A stretch of DNA of 64,000 nt from Pseudomonadota bacterium (GTDB lineage Bacteria; Myxococcota_A; UBA9042; CAIXZC01), in NCBI GenBank assembly GCA_043815665.1, contig JBDRIT010000002.1, positions 19,208 to 83,207 of the forward strand, read 5' to 3'. Positions 36,327 to 45,684 of this stretch are shown here, piece after piece. The translations under genes were made by a program, and so were the position numbers. Numbering within the stretch: the first letter of the stretch is position 1; every line of letters begins with the position of its first letter. A model generated the notes under the pieces. The model did not search any database. It saw only the letters and a program-made list of their open reading frames with translations, and was not told the origin of the DNA.

Positions 36327-37169
36327 TCAGACATCCCAGACGATCCCGTCGACCACGCGGACCACGTCCCGCATCGCCTCCACGTCGTGTACACGGATCA
36401 GGTGGACACCCTGCGCCGCCAGGACGGCGACCGCCGCCGCGGTCCCCATGACACGCGCTCCGTGGGCCCGCCCCGTGAGCTCACCGATGAACCGCTTGCG
36501 GGAGGGCCCGTACACGACGGGATAGCCGCCGAGGAGGACCTGGGTCGCGCTCCGCATGAGCTCGAGGTTGTGCGCCAGGGTCTTGCCGAACCCGATCCCG
36601 GGGTCGATGAGGAGCGCGTCCCGTCGGATCCCCCGGGCCTGGGCCCAGCTGGCCTGCATGTGGAGGAACTCGATGACGTCGTCGACAACGTCCACGTACT
36701 CCGGGGCGTCCTGCATGGTCGCCGGGGGCCACAGCGCGTGCATGATGATCAGGGGGCAGCCTGCCGCGGCCACCACGTCCACCATGGCGTCGTCGCCACG
36801 CAGGGCGGAGACGTCGTTGACCATCTCGGCGCCGGCGGCCAGGGCGGCCTTCGCAACCGGAGCCTTGAAGGTGTCCACTGAGAGGATGACATCGAGCCTG
36901 GCCGCGACGGCCTCGACAATGGGGATGACCCGGTCCAGCTCCTCCTGGAGCGGCACGGGCGCAGCGCCGGGGCGCGTGGACTCGCCGCCGATGTCGATGA
37001 CGTGGGCGCCTGCGGCTGCCATGTCCGCTGCATGATCCACGGCCGCGGCGCGCGTCTGGAAGCGGCCGCCGTCCGAGAAGGAGTCGGGGGTCACGTTCAG
37101 GACCCCCATGAGACGGGTCCGATCGAGGGTCAGCTCACGCGTCGCCGTCTTCAGGGTTCGTGTCCTCAC
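36327..37169 (-). CDS. folP: dihydropteroate synthase
   Basis: [30 protein letters not shown]. The 5' end overlaps the ftsH 3' end by 35 nt. Confidence 0.9.
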   Translation of the reverse strand: MRTRTLKTATRELTLDRTRLMGVLNVTPDSFSDGGRFQTRAAAVDHAADMAAAGAHVIDIGGESTRPGAAPVPLQEELDRVIPIVEAVAARLDVILSVDTFKAPVAKAALAAGAEMVNDVSALRGDDAMVDVVAAAGCPLIIMHALWPPATMQDAPEYVDVVDDVIEFLHMQASWAQARGIRRDALLIDPGIGFGKTLAHNLELMRSATQVLLGGYPVVYGPSRKRFIGELTGRAHGARVMGTAAAVAVLAAQGVHLIRVHDVEAMRDVVRVVDGIVWDV

Positions 37170-39300
37170 CGGCCTCGGCCCCCTCCTCTGGGTTCTTCAT
37201 CTGTCGCAGAGACAATCCATGTCGCAGCAGAATCTCGATCAGGTCTTTCTGGTCCAGGGTCTCACGCTCAAGGAGGGCCTCCGCGAGCTCATCGAGAACC
37301 GCGCGGCCCTCCTGGACGATGCGGCGGGCGCGATCAAAGGCCGTGTCCACGATTCGCTTGATCTCCCGGTCGATCCGCTCTGCGGTGGCTTCGCTGAAGC
37401 CCCTGACCTTGGAGAACTGCTTGCCCAGGAAGATCTCCTGCTGCCCCTGGCTGTCGTAGGAGAGGGGCCCGAGGTTGCTCATGCCCCAGACACACACCAT
37501 CTTGCGGGCAAGTTCTGTGGCGTGATCGATGTCCTGTCCTGCGCCGGTGGTCTGCATTCCGAAGACCAGCTCCTCCGCGACGCGTCCGCCCATGAGCATG
37601 GTGATCGTGTCCTCGACCCAGCCACGGGAGTATCCGTGACGGTCCCGCTCGGGGAGGAGCTGCGTGAGGCCCAGGGCCATCCCCCGGGGCACGATGGTGA
37701 CCTTGTAGAGGGGATCCGCGTGCTCGAGACGCGCCGCGACCAGCGCATGACCGGACTCATGGTACGCGGTGGTCCGCTTCTCATCCTCGGTGAGGACCAG
37801 GCTCCTGCGCTCCGTGCCGAGGAGGACCTTGTCCTTGGCGTCTTCGAGATCCGTGGGCTCGATGGACTCGGCGTTCCGGCGGGCGGCGAGGAGCGCAGCC
37901 TCGTTGAGGAGGTTCTCGAGATCCGCGCCGGAGAAGCCCGGGGTGCCGCGGGCCAGGAGGCCCATATCCACCGACTCGTGGAGCGGCTTCTTCCGGGAGT
38001 GGACCCCGAGGATTCCCAGGCGGCCCTTGACGTCCGGGAGGCTCACCACCACCCGTCGGTCGAAGCGACCGGGACGCATGAGCGCCGGGTCGAGGACGTC
38101 GGGACGGTTCGTCGCGGCGATGAGGATCACGCCCTCGTTGGACTCGAAGCCGTCCATCTCCACGAGGAGCTGGTTCAGGGTCTGCTCCCGCTCGTCGTGG
38201 CCACCGCCGAGGCCGGCACCGCGGTGCCGGCCGACCGCGTCGATCTCGTCGATGAACACGATGCAGGGCGCGTTTTTCTTGCCCTGCTCAAAGAGATCCC
38301 GGACCCGGGACGCACCCACGCCGACGAACATCTCCACGAAATCGGAGCCGCTGATGCTGAAGAACGGAACCCCCGCCTCCCCGGCGACGCCCCTGGCGAG
38401 GAGGGTCTTTCCGGTGCCGGGGGGCCCCATGAGGAGGACCCCCTTGGGGATCCGTCCGCCGAGGCGGGTGTACTTCTTCGGATCCCTCAGGAAGTCGATG
38501 ATCTCCTGCAGCTCCTCCTTGGACTCGTCGATCCCAGCGATGTCAGCGAAGGTGACCGTCGCGTCGTGCTGGGTGAGGACGCGATGCTTGCTCTTGCCAA
38601 AGCTCATGGCCTTCCCGCCGCCGGCCTGGAGCTGACGGAGGAAGAAGAGGAAGAGTCCGAAGAGCAGGATCATCGGGACCCAGGAGATAAGGAACTGGAA
38701 CAGCAGGCCGTCCTTCTCCTCCTCCTCGTGGACCACCTTGACGCCCACGCCGAGGATCTGGGGCTCGTAGTTCTCGAGCCTCCCCCGCGACCGGCGCTCC
38801 GCGCCGTCGTGGTAGGTCACAAGGAGGGTCTCACCCTTGACGACGATCTGCTTGACCTGGGTGTACGCCAGCCTCTCCGGGTCGCCCACCTCGCTCACTT
38901 CCGGGATGCGCCGTCCCTCCCGGAGGAGGTCCGAGAACGACAACACCTTCGCCGCCGCGTGGCTGTCCGGAAGAGGATCGCGCGGCTCGAGCCACACCAC
39001 GTCCACGCCCCGCCGGACGAGGTCGTCGTGGTACCCCTCGACGCTCTCGAGCTTGCCCCTGGCCGTGAAGGCCTCCCCGTCGATGAGGGTCCCGATGAGG
39101 ACCTCTCCACGGATCTCCAGGTGGCGGATGCCGCTCAACGGGACGCCGCCCTCGGGGACGATGACGGTCTGCGCGTCCGAGATGAAACGGGAGAACGGGA
39201 CCTCCTCGGGGTTCGGCTTGCTCTTCATGAACTGGACGACCAGGATGAAGGCCAGGATGAGGAGGACCCACAGGATCAGGTTCTTCTGCTTGCTACCCAC
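37135..39300 (-). CDS. ftsH: ATP-dependent zinc metalloprotease FtsH (long periplasmic domain)
   Basis: Start set to GTG 39300, with GGAG 9 nt upstream. Walker A GPPGTGKT, Walker [31 protein letters not shown], Zn site HESGHA. The track ORF extends artefactually to 41772. Confidence 0.9.
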   Translation of the reverse strand: MGSKQKNLILWVLLILAFILVVQFMKSKPNPEEVPFSRFISDAQTVIVPEGGVPLSGIRHLEIRGEVLIGTLIDGEAFTARGKLESVEGYHDDLVRRGVDVVWLEPRDPLPDSHAAAKVLSFSDLLREGRRIPEVSEVGDPERLAYTQVKQIVVKGETLLVTYHDGAERRSRGRLENYEPQILGVGVKVVHEEEEKDGLLFQFLISWVPMILLFGLFLFFLRQLQAGGGKAMSFGKSKHRVLTQHDATVTFADIAGIDESKEELQEIIDFLRDPKKYTRLGGRIPKGVLLMGPPGTGKTLLARGVAGEAGVPFFSISGSDFVEMFVGVGASRVRDLFEQGKKNAPCIVFIDEIDAVGRHRGAGLGGGHDEREQTLNQLLVEMDGFESNEGVILIAATNRPDVLDPALMRPGRFDRRVVVSLPDVKGRLGILGVHSRKKPLHESVDMGLLARGTPGFSGADLENLLNEAALLAARRNAESIEPTDLEDAKDKVLLGTERRSLVLTEDEKRTTAYHESGHALVAARLEHADPLYKVTIVPRGMALGLTQLLPERDRHGYSRGWVEDTITMLMGGRVAEELVFGMQTTGAGQDIDHATELARKMVCVWGMSNLGPLSYDSQGQQEIFLGKQFSKVRGFSEATAERIDREIKRIVDTAFDRARRIVQEGRAVLDELAEALLERETLDQKDLIEILLRHGLSLRQMKNPEEGAEAGEDTNPEDGDA

Positions 39301-39336
39301 GCTATCTCGCTCCAGTCGGGTCGAAACGGAGAAGAG

Positions 39337-39365
39337 AATATAGACATAAACCCCCGCTGGTACAA
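39337..39365 (-). promoter_or_regulatory. sigma70-type promoter candidate for ftsH operon
   Basis: The minus strand reads TTGTAC-17 nt-TATATT, about 35 nt upstream of the ftsH GTG. Confidence 0.4.
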
Positions 39366-39412
39366 CCGGAAATCCCCGAGAGTTCATCGCTTCGCCCTCT
39401 CGGTTAACGCGC

Positions 39413-39441
39413 TTGCTCCCGCAGAGGGCTGACCCTATACT
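39413..39441 (+). promoter_or_regulatory. sigma70-type promoter candidate for bamA operon
   Basis: TTGCTC-17 nt-TATACT, about 50 nt upstream of the bamA start. Confidence 0.4.
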
Positions 39442-39489
39442 CGGACGCCATTGCGCCGGGCAGCCGAAAGAAGGGAGACCGTCGGCACT

Positions 39490-41823
39490 GTGTATCGCTT
39501 CCTCACCATCGCCGTGCTCTGCACCCTGTGGCTGCAAGCCGCCGGGGAGCTGCGCGCAGCGGACGACGCGAGCCCCCTCGTGACGTCCTTCAAGACCGAG
39601 GGTCTCTACCGCATCCCCCTCTCCACGGTGCTCCAGCGCATCGGGACGCGGGAGGGGGAGCCCCTCTCCCCGCATCGCCTCTCCGAGGACGTGAAGGCCC
39701 TGTACCGCACGGGCTACTTCGAGGACATCCGCATCTTCGCCGTGGATGTCCCCGACGGCGTCGCCCTCACGGTGCACTTCAAGGAGCACCCACGGGTCCA
39801 CAAGGTCTCCTTCACGGGGAACGACGAGCTGGACGAGGATGAGCTCAAGAAGGCCGTCACCGTGAAGACGGCGCGGTTCCTCAACCTCGATGAGATCGAG
39901 CGCTCCCTCTCGGCGATCCGAGACCTCTACCGGGACAAGGGGTACTACCTCGCCGACATCAGCTACGAGCTGAAGCATCTCTCGAAGAACCGTGTCGAAG
40001 TGACCTTCGAGATCAAGGAAAATGACAAGGTCCGGGTGACCCGCATCCGGGTCACGGGAAACGCGGCCGTCACCGACGAGGACGTGACCCGCTTCATGCA
40101 GACCGGCGAGGCGAACTACTTCTCCTTCCTCTCGCCGCACACCGACAGCTTCAAGGAAGAGATCTTCGACCTGGACCTGCGCCGGGTCCAGTGGGTCTAC
40201 CTCACCAGGGGCTACCTGGACGTCAAGCTCGGCGACCCCGTCGTCGAGCTCGCCCCCAACATGCGGGAGATCGCCCTGACCATCCCCGTGGAGGAGGGCC
40301 TCCAGTTCACTGTCGGCAAGGTCACCATCGTCTCCCCGGACGACGACGGCATGATCTTCGAAGACGAGGAGTTGCGCGCGGGCCTGCGCCTTCGCGAGGG
40401 CGAGACCTTCAACATGGAGCACGTGCAGGTGGACAACGACGTCCTGAGCACGAAGTACATGGACATCGGCTACGCCAACGCGAGCGTGGGCAGCCGGAAC
40501 AAGATGGATCGCGCCCGGCGGATCGTCGACTTCACCTACGTCATCCAGAAGGGCAACCCCACCTTCATCCGCAACATCGAGATCACCGGAAACGCCACCA
40601 CCCGGGACAAGGTGATCCGGCGGGAGCTGAAGATCGCGGAAGGGGACCTCTTCAACCAGTCCCTGCTCAAGCGCAGCGAGGCCTCGATCTTCCGCCTCGG
40701 ATTCTTCAAGGACGCGAAGATCACCCGGCGGCCCGTGGACCACTCCCAGGTCGCGCTCGACGCCGACGACGCGGACTTCGTGGACCTGATGGTCACCGTC
40801 GAAGAGCAGGACACCGGCGCGCTGCAGGTGGGTGCAGGCTTCAGCAGCCTCGAGTCCTTCATCTTCCAGGGCCGGCTGTCGAAGAACAACTTCCTGGGCC
40901 GGGGGCAGACCTTCAGCATCCAGGCGATGATCTCCAGCCTGCGGCAGATCTACATGGTGTCCTTCGTGGAGCCCTACTTCTTCGACACCAACTGGACCTT
41001 CTCCTTCAATCTCTACAACATGATGACCGTCTTCGAGGAGTTCTCCACGGACTCCGTCGGCGGGGACCTGTCCTTCGGCTACCGATTCCTCGAGGACTAC
41101 ACAGTCTTCGGGACCTACAAGCTCGAGAACAAGGAGACCGACCTCGGCGGACGCACGGGCTTCACGACGGTGCCCATCGAGCGGTACAAGCTGGATGGCC
41201 TCACGTCCAGCGTCAAGCTCAGCGTCGCCTGGGACACCCGGAACAACCGCCTGGTCCCCACTGACGGCTGGTACAACACGGTCTCCTACGAGTGGGCTTC
41301 CCCCTATCTGGGCAGCGAGACCGACTACCACCGGGTCCTGTTGAACTCCCGTTGGTACGTGCCCCTGATGTGGGACACCATCCTGCGCCTCAACGGGACC
41401 CTCGGCTGGGTCTCCCCCTCCGCGCCGCTCTTCGAGCGCTTCTTCGTCGGCGGGATCTTCTCCGTCCGGGGGTTCCAGCGGAACTCCCTGAGCCCCACGG
41501 CGTCCGTCGCCTCGAGCATCGACCCCGCCGGGCCCCTGACCGCATTCCACGTCGGCGGGAACAAGCAGCTCATCTTCAACGTTGAGTTGGAGATCCCCAT
41601 CGTGAAGGCCATGCGGATCATGGGCGTGCTCTTCTTCGACGCAGGGAACGCGTACGCTGACGACAGCCCCATCTCGTTCAAGAACCTGCGGACCTCCATG
41701 GGCTTCGGCTTCCGATGGTGGTCCCAGATGGGCCCGTTGCGGTTCGAGTGGGGCTTCCCCCTCCAGCCGCACAAGGACGAAGATCCCATGGTCTTCGAGT
41801 TTACGATCGGAAGCGCGTTCTAG
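39490..41823 (+). CDS. bamA: outer membrane protein assembly factor BamA
   Basis: Signal peptide, then POTRA repeats (…[15 protein letters not shown]…, …[15 protein letters not shown]…). C-terminal Omp85 barrel ending ...FEFTIGSAF. The start is ambiguous: GTG 39490 or TTG 39451. Confidence 0.9.
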   Translation: MYRFLTIAVLCTLWLQAAGELRAADDASPLVTSFKTEGLYRIPLSTVLQRIGTREGEPLSPHRLSEDVKALYRTGYFEDIRIFAVDVPDGVALTVHFKEHPRVHKVSFTGNDELDEDELKKAVTVKTARFLNLDEIERSLSAIRDLYRDKGYYLADISYELKHLSKNRVEVTFEIKENDKVRVTRIRVTGNAAVTDEDVTRFMQTGEANYFSFLSPHTDSFKEEIFDLDLRRVQWVYLTRGYLDVKLGDPVVELAPNMREIALTIPVEEGLQFTVGKVTIVSPDDDGMIFEDEELRAGLRLREGETFNMEHVQVDNDVLSTKYMDIGYANASVGSRNKMDRARRIVDFTYVIQKGNPTFIRNIEITGNATTRDKVIRRELKIAEGDLFNQSLLKRSEASIFRLGFFKDAKITRRPVDHSQVALDADDADFVDLMVTVEEQDTGALQVGAGFSSLESFIFQGRLSKNNFLGRGQTFSIQAMISSLRQIYMVSFVEPYFFDTNWTFSFNLYNMMTVFEEFSTDSVGGDLSFGYRFLEDYTVFGTYKLENKETDLGGRTGFTTVPIERYKLDGLTSSVKLSVAWDTRNNRLVPTDGWYNTVSYEWASPYLGSETDYHRVLLNSRWYVPLMWDTILRLNGTLGWVSPSAPLFERFFVGGIFSVRGFQRNSLSPTASVASSIDPAGPLTAFHVGGNKQLIFNVELEIPIVKAMRIMGVLFFDAGNAYADDSPISFKNLRTSMGFGFRWWSQMGPLRFEWGFPLQPHKDEDPMVFEFTIGSAF

Positions 41824-41843
41824 GACGCAAGGAGAGGACTCGG

Positions 41844-42386
41844 ATGGAAATCAAGTACATGCCCGCGGCCCTGTTCGCGGTGGCGATCATGGTGTCGGCA
41901 CCGGCGCTGGTCATTGCGCAGGCCAAGACCCTCGACACCGAGGTCAAGATCGGCATCGTCGACCTCCAGCAGGCCATCTCCACCGTGAAGGACGGCCAGA
42001 TGGCCAAGAAGAAGCTCAAGGCCTTCAAGAAGAAGAAGGAGAAGATCCTTGAGGGCAAGGCCGACAAGATCAAGGCCATGGAGGCGGAGCTGGAGAAGCA
42101 GCTCCCGCTGATGACCGAGAAGGCCAAGCAGGAGAAGCTCAAGGAGTACCAGAAGGAGATGATGGAGGCGCAGAACCTCTACGTGGAGATCCAGTCCGAG
42201 CTGGCCAAGAAGCAGCAGGAGCTCTTCGAGCCGATCCTCCAGCGCCTCGGGGGGCTCATCGAGGAGCTCGCCTTGGAGTTCGGCTACTCCCTGATCATGG
42301 ACAAGTCCGGCGGCGCGGTCCTCTACTACAGCCCCCAGACTGACCTGACCCCTGAGCTGATCAAACGGTTCAACGCCGCAAAGTAG
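41844..42386 (+). CDS. skp: periplasmic chaperone Skp/OmpH
   Basis: AAGGAGAGG SD. Signal peptide, then a Lys/Glu-rich coiled-coil OmpH pattern ([10 protein letters not shown]...[11 protein letters not shown]...). Located immediately after bamA. Confidence 0.85.
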   Translation: MEIKYMPAALFAVAIMVSAPALVIAQAKTLDTEVKIGIVDLQQAISTVKDGQMAKKKLKAFKKKKEKILEGKADKIKAMEAELEKQLPLMTEKAKQEKLKEYQKEMMEAQNLYVEIQSELAKKQQELFEPILQRLGGLIEELALEFGYSLIMDKSGGAVLYYSPQTDLTPELIKRFNAAK

Positions 42387-42390
42387 GACC

Positions 42391-44181
42391 ATGCCCCACA
42401 CCGTCGCACGAAGGGCCGCCGCGTTCTTCGCGGGGGCCACGCTCCTCTTGACCGCCTGCGGAGACCCCGCGACGCCTCGCCGCCTCGACCTCGCGGAGGC
42501 TGATCTCCTGGCCTCGCCGATGCCCCTCCCCTCCCTGGACGTGGTCGTCCCCGCCCCGCTGGGACCGGATGCGCTCTTCACAGGGCTCCGGGATCGCCCG
42601 TCCCGTCGACGAGACCTGCCGGACAAGGAGGCGCAGCGAAGCCCTCGCAGGTTCCAGGTGGGCCAGGAGCCTGACGAGACCCGTGAGTCGGCCACCCACA
42701 TCGAGCTCTCGGGGGAGGTCTGGGGTTGGGTCCACCCCCCCATCTCCGACGACCAGGCCGACGTGGATTGGTACGAGGCGACCGCGGATCTGGAGGCACC
42801 CCGCTCGCTCACCGTCGAGCTCGACCCGGTGGAGGGGTGCGACCTCTCCCTCGAGCTCTGGCACCAGGGCTTCAGCGGTGACCCGAAGCGCGTCGCCCGC
42901 GCCGACGCCTACGGCGCCGGACAGGGAGAGCACCTCGGCAACGTCGCGCTCACCAACGGCCGCTGGTTCCTCCGTGTCTCCTCCGGCAAGGCCGGCGCCG
43001 GGTTCCCCTGGAACGTCAGGGATCCCTACCTGCTTCGGTTCCGAGTCGAGGACGTCGACGGCGGCCACGAGCTCGAGCCCGATGACGACGAGCGTCGGGC
43101 CAACCCCGTCCTCCCGGATCACCCCATGGAGGCCACCCTCCACCTGGGCGACGAGGACTGGTTCCGCATCGACGTGTCCCGGTTCGGCCTGGACTCCCGC
43201 CTCGCCCTGGACATCCTCCCGGATCCGGGCCTCGCGCTCCGATGGGAGGTGATCACCCAGGACCGCGTCACGGTCCTCGGCGGCGAGGCCGAGAAGGGCG
43301 GACGGATCCACGTACCGAACCTCGGCGTCTCCGAGGGCCTGGAGAGCTTCTACGTCGTTGTGCGCGCGCCGGAGGCCCTGGAGGGCATGGCCCAATACAC
43401 GATCTCCACCGCGGTTCATCCGCTGGACGGTCGCACCGAGCTCGAGCCGAATGACTCCATCAGCCGTGCCACCACCGTCCCGGTCCCTTCCACCGTCACC
43501 GGCTGGCTGCATGACGGGCTGGATCGGGATCTCTACCGGGTCCTGCCCGGCGACGCGGGGGCCGTACGTATCGATCTTGACGGAGTGCCCGGTGTACTCC
43601 CAGCGCTGGAGCTCCTGGACGCCACAGGAGAGGTCATGGGGAGCATCCAACCCGCCGAGGCGGGAGCCGGACTGTCCCTCCCGAACTGGTCCCCGCCGGC
43701 GGAGGGTGGGTGGATCGCGTTGAGGGCGGTCGAGGGCGCCAGCCCGTTGACCCCCTATTCCCTTGCCATCCAGGTCCGAGACACCTCCGGAGAAGAGGCT
43801 GAGCCCAACGACAGCCCGGAGCTTGCCTCCCTCGTGAACCCGGATCAGGACGGCCTCCAGGGCTACATCGCCTTCGCCGGTGACCGGGACTGCTATGGCC
43901 TCCCCGTGGGCGCGGTCCCGCCCGGTGGAGGCCTGGAGGTCTCCATCGAGGAGCGGGGAGATCGGGGCATCCGCGGTACGTTCTATGGCCGGGGGGGCGT
44001 CCTGGTGGAGCAGGTCACGATCTCCGCAGGTGATCGGGAGAGGGTCCACCTGACCCCGGAGTCCGGCGGCCCCATGACACTCTGTATCGAGAGCACGGCG
44101 CCCAGCGGGTCCCCGGGACAGCATGGATACCGCGTCACCGCGATCCCCGTCGCACCCGAGCCCCTGGAGGATGGAAGATGA
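42391..44181 (+). CDS. lipoprotein with four PPC (pre-peptidase C-terminal)-like modules
   Basis: Lipobox LLLTAC. Four ~125-aa modules open with E-x-E-P-(N/D)-D and carry D-x-D-(W/L/C)-(Y/F) (ELEPDDDE...GDEDWFRIDV, ELEPNDSI...LDRDLYRVL, EAEPNDSP...GDRDCYGLPV). Confidence 0.6.
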   Translation: MPHTVARRAAAFFAGATLLLTACGDPATPRRLDLAEADLLASPMPLPSLDVVVPAPLGPDALFTGLRDRPSRRRDLPDKEAQRSPRRFQVGQEPDETRESATHIELSGEVWGWVHPPISDDQADVDWYEATADLEAPRSLTVELDPVEGCDLSLELWHQGFSGDPKRVARADAYGAGQGEHLGNVALTNGRWFLRVSSGKAGAGFPWNVRDPYLLRFRVEDVDGGHELEPDDDERRANPVLPDHPMEATLHLGDEDWFRIDVSRFGLDSRLALDILPDPGLALRWEVITQDRVTVLGGEAEKGGRIHVPNLGVSEGLESFYVVVRAPEALEGMAQYTISTAVHPLDGRTELEPNDSISRATTVPVPSTVTGWLHDGLDRDLYRVLPGDAGAVRIDLDGVPGVLPALELLDATGEVMGSIQPAEAGAGLSLPNWSPPAEGGWIALRAVEGASPLTPYSLAIQVRDTSGEEAEPNDSPELASLVNPDQDGLQGYIAFAGDRDCYGLPVGAVPPGGGLEVSIEERGDRGIRGTFYGRGGVLVEQVTISAGDRERVHLTPESGGPMTLCIESTAPSGSPGQHGYRVTAIPVAPEPLEDGR

Positions 44182-44954
44182 GCTGGACGTACGATCTGTC
44201 GAGGACCATGACCGAGCTGCTCCGAACCAACCGTCCCTTCGCGAGCGTCGTGGTCGTGGAGACCAGCGGCTCCGCGCCCCAGAAGACGGGTGCGCGACTC
44301 CTGGTCCTCGATGATGGGAGCATCCAGGGCACCATCGGCGGCGGCCGGTTCGAGTGGGAGGTCATGCGGGTCGCGCGGGAGGCCCTCGCAGAGGGAACCC
44401 CGCGGTTCGTACGGTACGATCTCGCCAAGGACCTCGGGATGGCCTGTGGAGGTGCGATGTCCGCGTTCATCGAGCCGCATCTCCCGGCAGAGCGCGTCCT
44501 CGTCTACGGCGCAGGGCACTGCGCCAGGGCGCTGGTGCCCCATCTGCTTCGTGCCGGATTCCGGGTCCGCGTCGTGGATCCACGGAGCGACCTCCTCGAG
44601 ACGTCGGAGTTCGATTCGAGCGTGGACCTGGTGGAGTCGGACACGGCGGCCGACGCGGCCCAGGCCATCCGGGCGGAGGACTGGGTCCTGATCATGACCC
44701 ATGGACACACCCACGACCTGTACACCCTCCGGGCCGCGCTCCCCCACGCGCCGCGGTATCTTGGCGTGATGGCCAGCAAGCGCAAGGCCGAGAATTTCCG
44801 CAGGACGCTCCTTGACGAGGGGTTCTCCGAGGAGCAGGTCAGCAGCGTGAGCATGCCCATCGGCATGGACATCGGCGCCGTGGGTCCCGAGGAGATCGCT
44901 GTCAGCGTCGCCGCACAGATCATCTCCATCCGCCGCGCCGGGGGCGACGTCTGA
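44178..44954 (+). CDS. XdhC/CoxI-family accessory protein
   Basis: The ATG overlaps the upstream TGA. N-terminal XdhC_CoxI pattern (ASVVVVETSGSAPQKTGARLLVLDDGSIQGTIGGG) and a Rossmann-like C-domain (VLVYGAGHCARAL...YLGVMASKRK). Confidence 0.75.
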   Translation: MSWTYDLSRTMTELLRTNRPFASVVVVETSGSAPQKTGARLLVLDDGSIQGTIGGGRFEWEVMRVAREALAEGTPRFVRYDLAKDLGMACGGAMSAFIEPHLPAERVLVYGAGHCARALVPHLLRAGFRVRVVDPRSDLLETSEFDSSVDLVESDTAADAAQAIRAEDWVLIMTHGHTHDLYTLRAALPHAPRYLGVMASKRKAENFRRTLLDEGFSEEQVSSVSMPIGMDIGAVGPEEIAVSVAAQIISIRRAGGDV

Positions 44955-44955
44955 C

Positions 44956-45684
44956 ATGGGGCTCCGGGATCGCATCGTCACCTCCTGGCGGGGGCTGCCC
45001 AGGGTGCTCCAGGTGCTCATCGGGCTCCAGGTGATCGTGTGGGTCGCCCTCCTCCCCCTTCCCCGGGATCTCGTGACCCGGCTCCTCCTCATCGTGGGGT
45101 TCTCTCCGCCGCTCTTCCTGGAGGGTTCCGTCTGGCAGCTCGTCACTCATCCCTTCGTACACGCCCCGGCGGACTTCTTCGGGTTGATCTTCGATGTCCT
45201 CCTCCTCTGGGTCCTCGGGGGGATCTTCGCCCGACGCTGGCGGACGCGCCACTTCCTCTTCTTCATCGGTGTCTGCGCTGCGGCGGGGGCGCTCACCGGG
45301 GGCCTCGCCGCGTGGGCGTGGCCCGAGAGCTTCAGCCCCGTCCTGGCGGGCATGGACGCGTCCGTCCTGGGTCTCTTCGTGGCCTTCCACATGATCTTCG
45401 GCGACGAATTCGTCCGACTCATGGGCCTCTCGGAGCCGATCCGGGCCCGCTGGATCCTCTACGTGGTGCTCGGGATGGACGTCCTCTTCTTCCTCACCGG
45501 CTCGAATCCCGATCTCGGGGCTCAGGTCGGCGGGCTCGTGGCCGGCTGGCTCATGGTCACCGGACGGTGGCGTCCCCGAAAGATGCAGCGCTGGCTCGAG
45601 AAGAAGGGCTCGGACGTGCGCTGGGAGAAGAGACGGAGCCGGTTCAAGGTCATCGATGGCGGTCGCCGCCCGACCCGTCACTGA
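44956..45684 (+). CDS. rhomboid-fold membrane protein lacking the Ser-His dyad (pseudoprotease)
   Basis: Six TM helices. WQLVTHPFVHA...IFDVLLLWVLGG aligns to the rhomboid WR..H...H...N..GG region. GMDAS replaces GxSG, and GAQVGGLVAG replaces AHxGG. Confidence 0.6.
   Translation: MGLRDRIVTSWRGLPRVLQVLIGLQVIVWVALLPLPRDLVTRLLLIVGFSPPLFLEGSVWQLVTHPFVHAPADFFGLIFDVLLLWVLGGIFARRWRTRHFLFFIGVCAAAGALTGGLAAWAWPESFSPVLAGMDASVLGLFVAFHMIFGDEFVRLMGLSEPIRARWILYVVLGMDVLFFLTGSNPDLGAQVGGLVAGWLMVTGRWRPRKMQRWLEKKGSDVRWEKRRSRFKVIDGGRRPTRH

Noticed and set aside
37108-39432. 774-aa plus-strand ORF
   Set aside because: Antisense to ftsH, with low-complexity Arg/Gly/Leu/Glu composition and no domain signatures.
39301-41772. 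N-terminal 824-aa extension of the ftsH ORF (track ORF 37135..41772, 1545 aa)
   Set aside because: The extension runs antisense across bamA. It is Gly/Val/Asp/Glu/Arg-rich without motifs. FtsH homology begins at the TM helix just after GTG 39300, which has its own SD and promoter-like elements.
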